Positions 62,622 through 64,000 of a DNA stretch of 64,000 bases are shown here, piece by piece; positions within the stretch are counted from its first letter, which is position 1, and each line of letters begins with the position of its first letter. The notes beneath the pieces are model-generated. The model did not search any database. It was not told where the DNA came from and saw only the letters and a program-made list of their open reading frames with translations. The stretch lies in contig CAWDXG010000004.1 in assembly GCA_963806225.1 (NCBI GenBank), positions 4,672,001 to 4,736,000 of the forward strand, given 5' to 3'. A program made the position numbers and the translations under genes. The DNA is from an uncultured delta proteobacterium (GTDB lineage: Bacteria; Myxococcota_A; Polyangia; Polyangiales; Polyangiaceae).

Positions 62622-63308
62622 TCAGTACATGTTGAAATTCGAGCCGCGCGCGTAGCCCTTGCCGTAGCCCTTCTCGAAACCGGACTGGTACAGATCCTTC
62701 ACCTGGCGGATCTCGGCGTCGACCTCGGCGCTCGTGATGGCCTGGGCGAGCTCGGTGCGCTTGCGCTGCTCGTCGGCGACGAGCGCGACCAGCACCGGCA
62801 GCTCGCCGCGGTCGAACCACGTGCCGTGCGTCGCGCAGACGTCCAGGCGAAGGCGGGCATTCGGGAAGTCGTGATGCTTCATGGGCTCGGTGCAGACCGG
62901 GCAGGAAAGGGTCGCTTCGACGGACACGGGGCGCTTCGCATTGTGCGCGGCCAGGTCCGCCAGGCGAACGGCCTCCTCGCTGGGCTCTGCGACCAGGCGG
63001 CGCGAGGACGGGTCGTCCATCCACACGCCGCCGCACGCGCCGCAGCCCTGTAGGAGCAGCTCGTTCGCCTGCGCGGGGAACATGCCCTCTGTCTTGCAGC
63101 GCGGACACACCACAAGGTGTTGCGCGGCATGGAGCTCTGCCTCCCGCAGCACGTCCGGCAGTCCGCGGGCCAGCGCCAACCGCGCCGCCCCTGCCCGGTC
63201 GAGCTTTCCGTCGGAGTACTGGGCCACGCGATCGAGCGCGCGCGCTGTCTCCCCATCGAGCTCCAGCTCCACGAGCTCGAGCCGTTCGCGGTACGTCATG
63301 CCCTTCAT
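62622..63308 (-). CDS. tandem zf-TFIIB zinc-ribbon protein
   Basis: CPRC...CGACGGVWMD and CPVC...CATHGTWFDRGEL. Confidence 0.85.
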   Translation of the reverse strand: MKGMTYRERLELVELELDGETARALDRVAQYSDGKLDRAGAARLALARGLPDVLREAELHAAQHLVVCPRCKTEGMFPAQANELLLQGCGACGGVWMDDPSSRRLVAEPSEEAVRLADLAAHNAKRPVSVEATLSCPVCTEPMKHHDFPNARLRLDVCATHGTWFDRGELPVLVALVADEQRKRTELAQAITSAEVDAEIRQVKDLYQSGFEKGYGKGYARGSNFNMY

Positions 63309-63355
63309 CGTGCCCCTGTTCCGGAGCGCATGGAAGGGGAGTGTGCGCTTCGAAG

Positions 63356-63622
63356 TCAGCGCTGGACTTCTGCGCGCACTCGCGGATGCGCGGGCAACGC
63401 TGCAATGGCCTTCGCGAAGCGCGTTGCGACGTCGCACGACGGAACGTCGAGCTCGACCTCTTCGCCGGCGAACACACAGCGATCGACATGCGCCATCGCC
63501 TCGCGGAGCGATACGCCGAGGTGCTCGCTGACGAGCCTGATGACCGCGACGGTGCCGACGCTGATGGGGCCGCAGAGCTCGGGCTCGATGGAGAGGCGCA
63601 GGGTCGTCACGGAGGCGGACAT
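63356..63622 (-). CDS. small hypothetical protein
   Basis: 88 aa; VIRLVSEHLGVSLREAMAHVD resembles an L7/L12 C-terminal-like motif. Confidence 0.5.
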   Translation of the reverse strand: MSASVTTLRLSIEPELCGPISVGTVAVIRLVSEHLGVSLREAMAHVDRCVFAGEEVELDVPSCDVATRFAKAIAALPAHPRVRAEVQR

Positions 63623-63645
63623 AGCAGGCCCGCCCGGCGACCGCA

Positions 63646-64000
63646 TCAGCCGCAGGTCCGCCCCAGCGAATTCGTGGACGTGCAGTCTATCGGTGAGGCG
63701 GTGAACGGATTGCGGTTCGGCGTCGTGTCGAGAGACGGGCCGACGCACTCGTCACCGCTGATGACGGGATCGGCACCGGAGCCGCCGCTCGGGTCGCTGT
63801 CGTAGAGCAGGAACGTGACGTTGCCCTTGCCGTCGCTGGCGACGCCGAACACGACCTGGGAGTCCGTACCCTGACGGTCGTAGCGGGCGATGAACGGTTT
63901 GCCGCCGTTGAAAGCGTTCGCGACGCAGTCGTCGACGGGCTTTGCATCGCCGCCGAGGGCCGCATGGCCGCAGTCCATCGCGCCGCTTCCGGCCCGCGTG
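63646..64000 (-). CDS. hypothetical protein, 5'-truncated by the window edge
   Basis: Coding-like frame DCGHAALG...QGTDSQV...LLYDSDPSGG, open to the edge. Confidence 0.6.
   Translation of the reverse strand, partial: TRAGSGAMDCGHAALGGDAKPVDDCVANAFNGGKPFIARYDRQGTDSQVVFGVASDGKGNVTFLLYDSDPSGGSGADPVISGDECVGPSLDTTPNRNPFTASPIDCTSTNSLGRTCG

Overview
GC-rich bacterial DNA, most likely from a myxobacterium (Myxococcota, Polyangiaceae-like). The evidence is MYXO-CTERM, TIGR02266 PilZ, GltF/GltG-like, DUF4215-type Cys-rich, PEGA/Ser-Thr kinase and FHA genes. All assignments come from motif recognition, not database searches. Single-base indels break many genes, including the ribosomal genes rplU and rpmA, so most frameshifts are probably long-read assembly errors. 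In order, the window holds: rplU-rpmA-HAD; an acyl-CoA dehydrogenase pair; a decayed AbiEii-type TA remnant; a five-gene type III secretion translocon-like cassette (small protein, Bsp22/EspA-like tip, SycD-like chaperone, YopB-like, YopD-like) with no injectisome genes in the window; gltF/gltG-like genes; three paralogous Cys-rich lipoproteins sharing an unrecognised C-terminal domain; Kelch, PEGA and tandem-kinase genes; a hybrid histidine kinase with degenerate motifs; gshB/ggt; a MenAT1-like TA pair; ECF sigma/anti-sigma; a PhaR-like regulator; and a VWA lipoprotein. These are followed by a 2.1 kb non-coding double repeat array built on one 12-bp motif in opposite orientations, a divergent NuoH/NuoL/NuoM-like trio with extra extracytoplasmic domains and missing several proton-pathway residues, and housekeeping and transport genes. 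The best candidates for an undescribed system are the translocon cassette, the Nuo-derived trio and the repeat locus.
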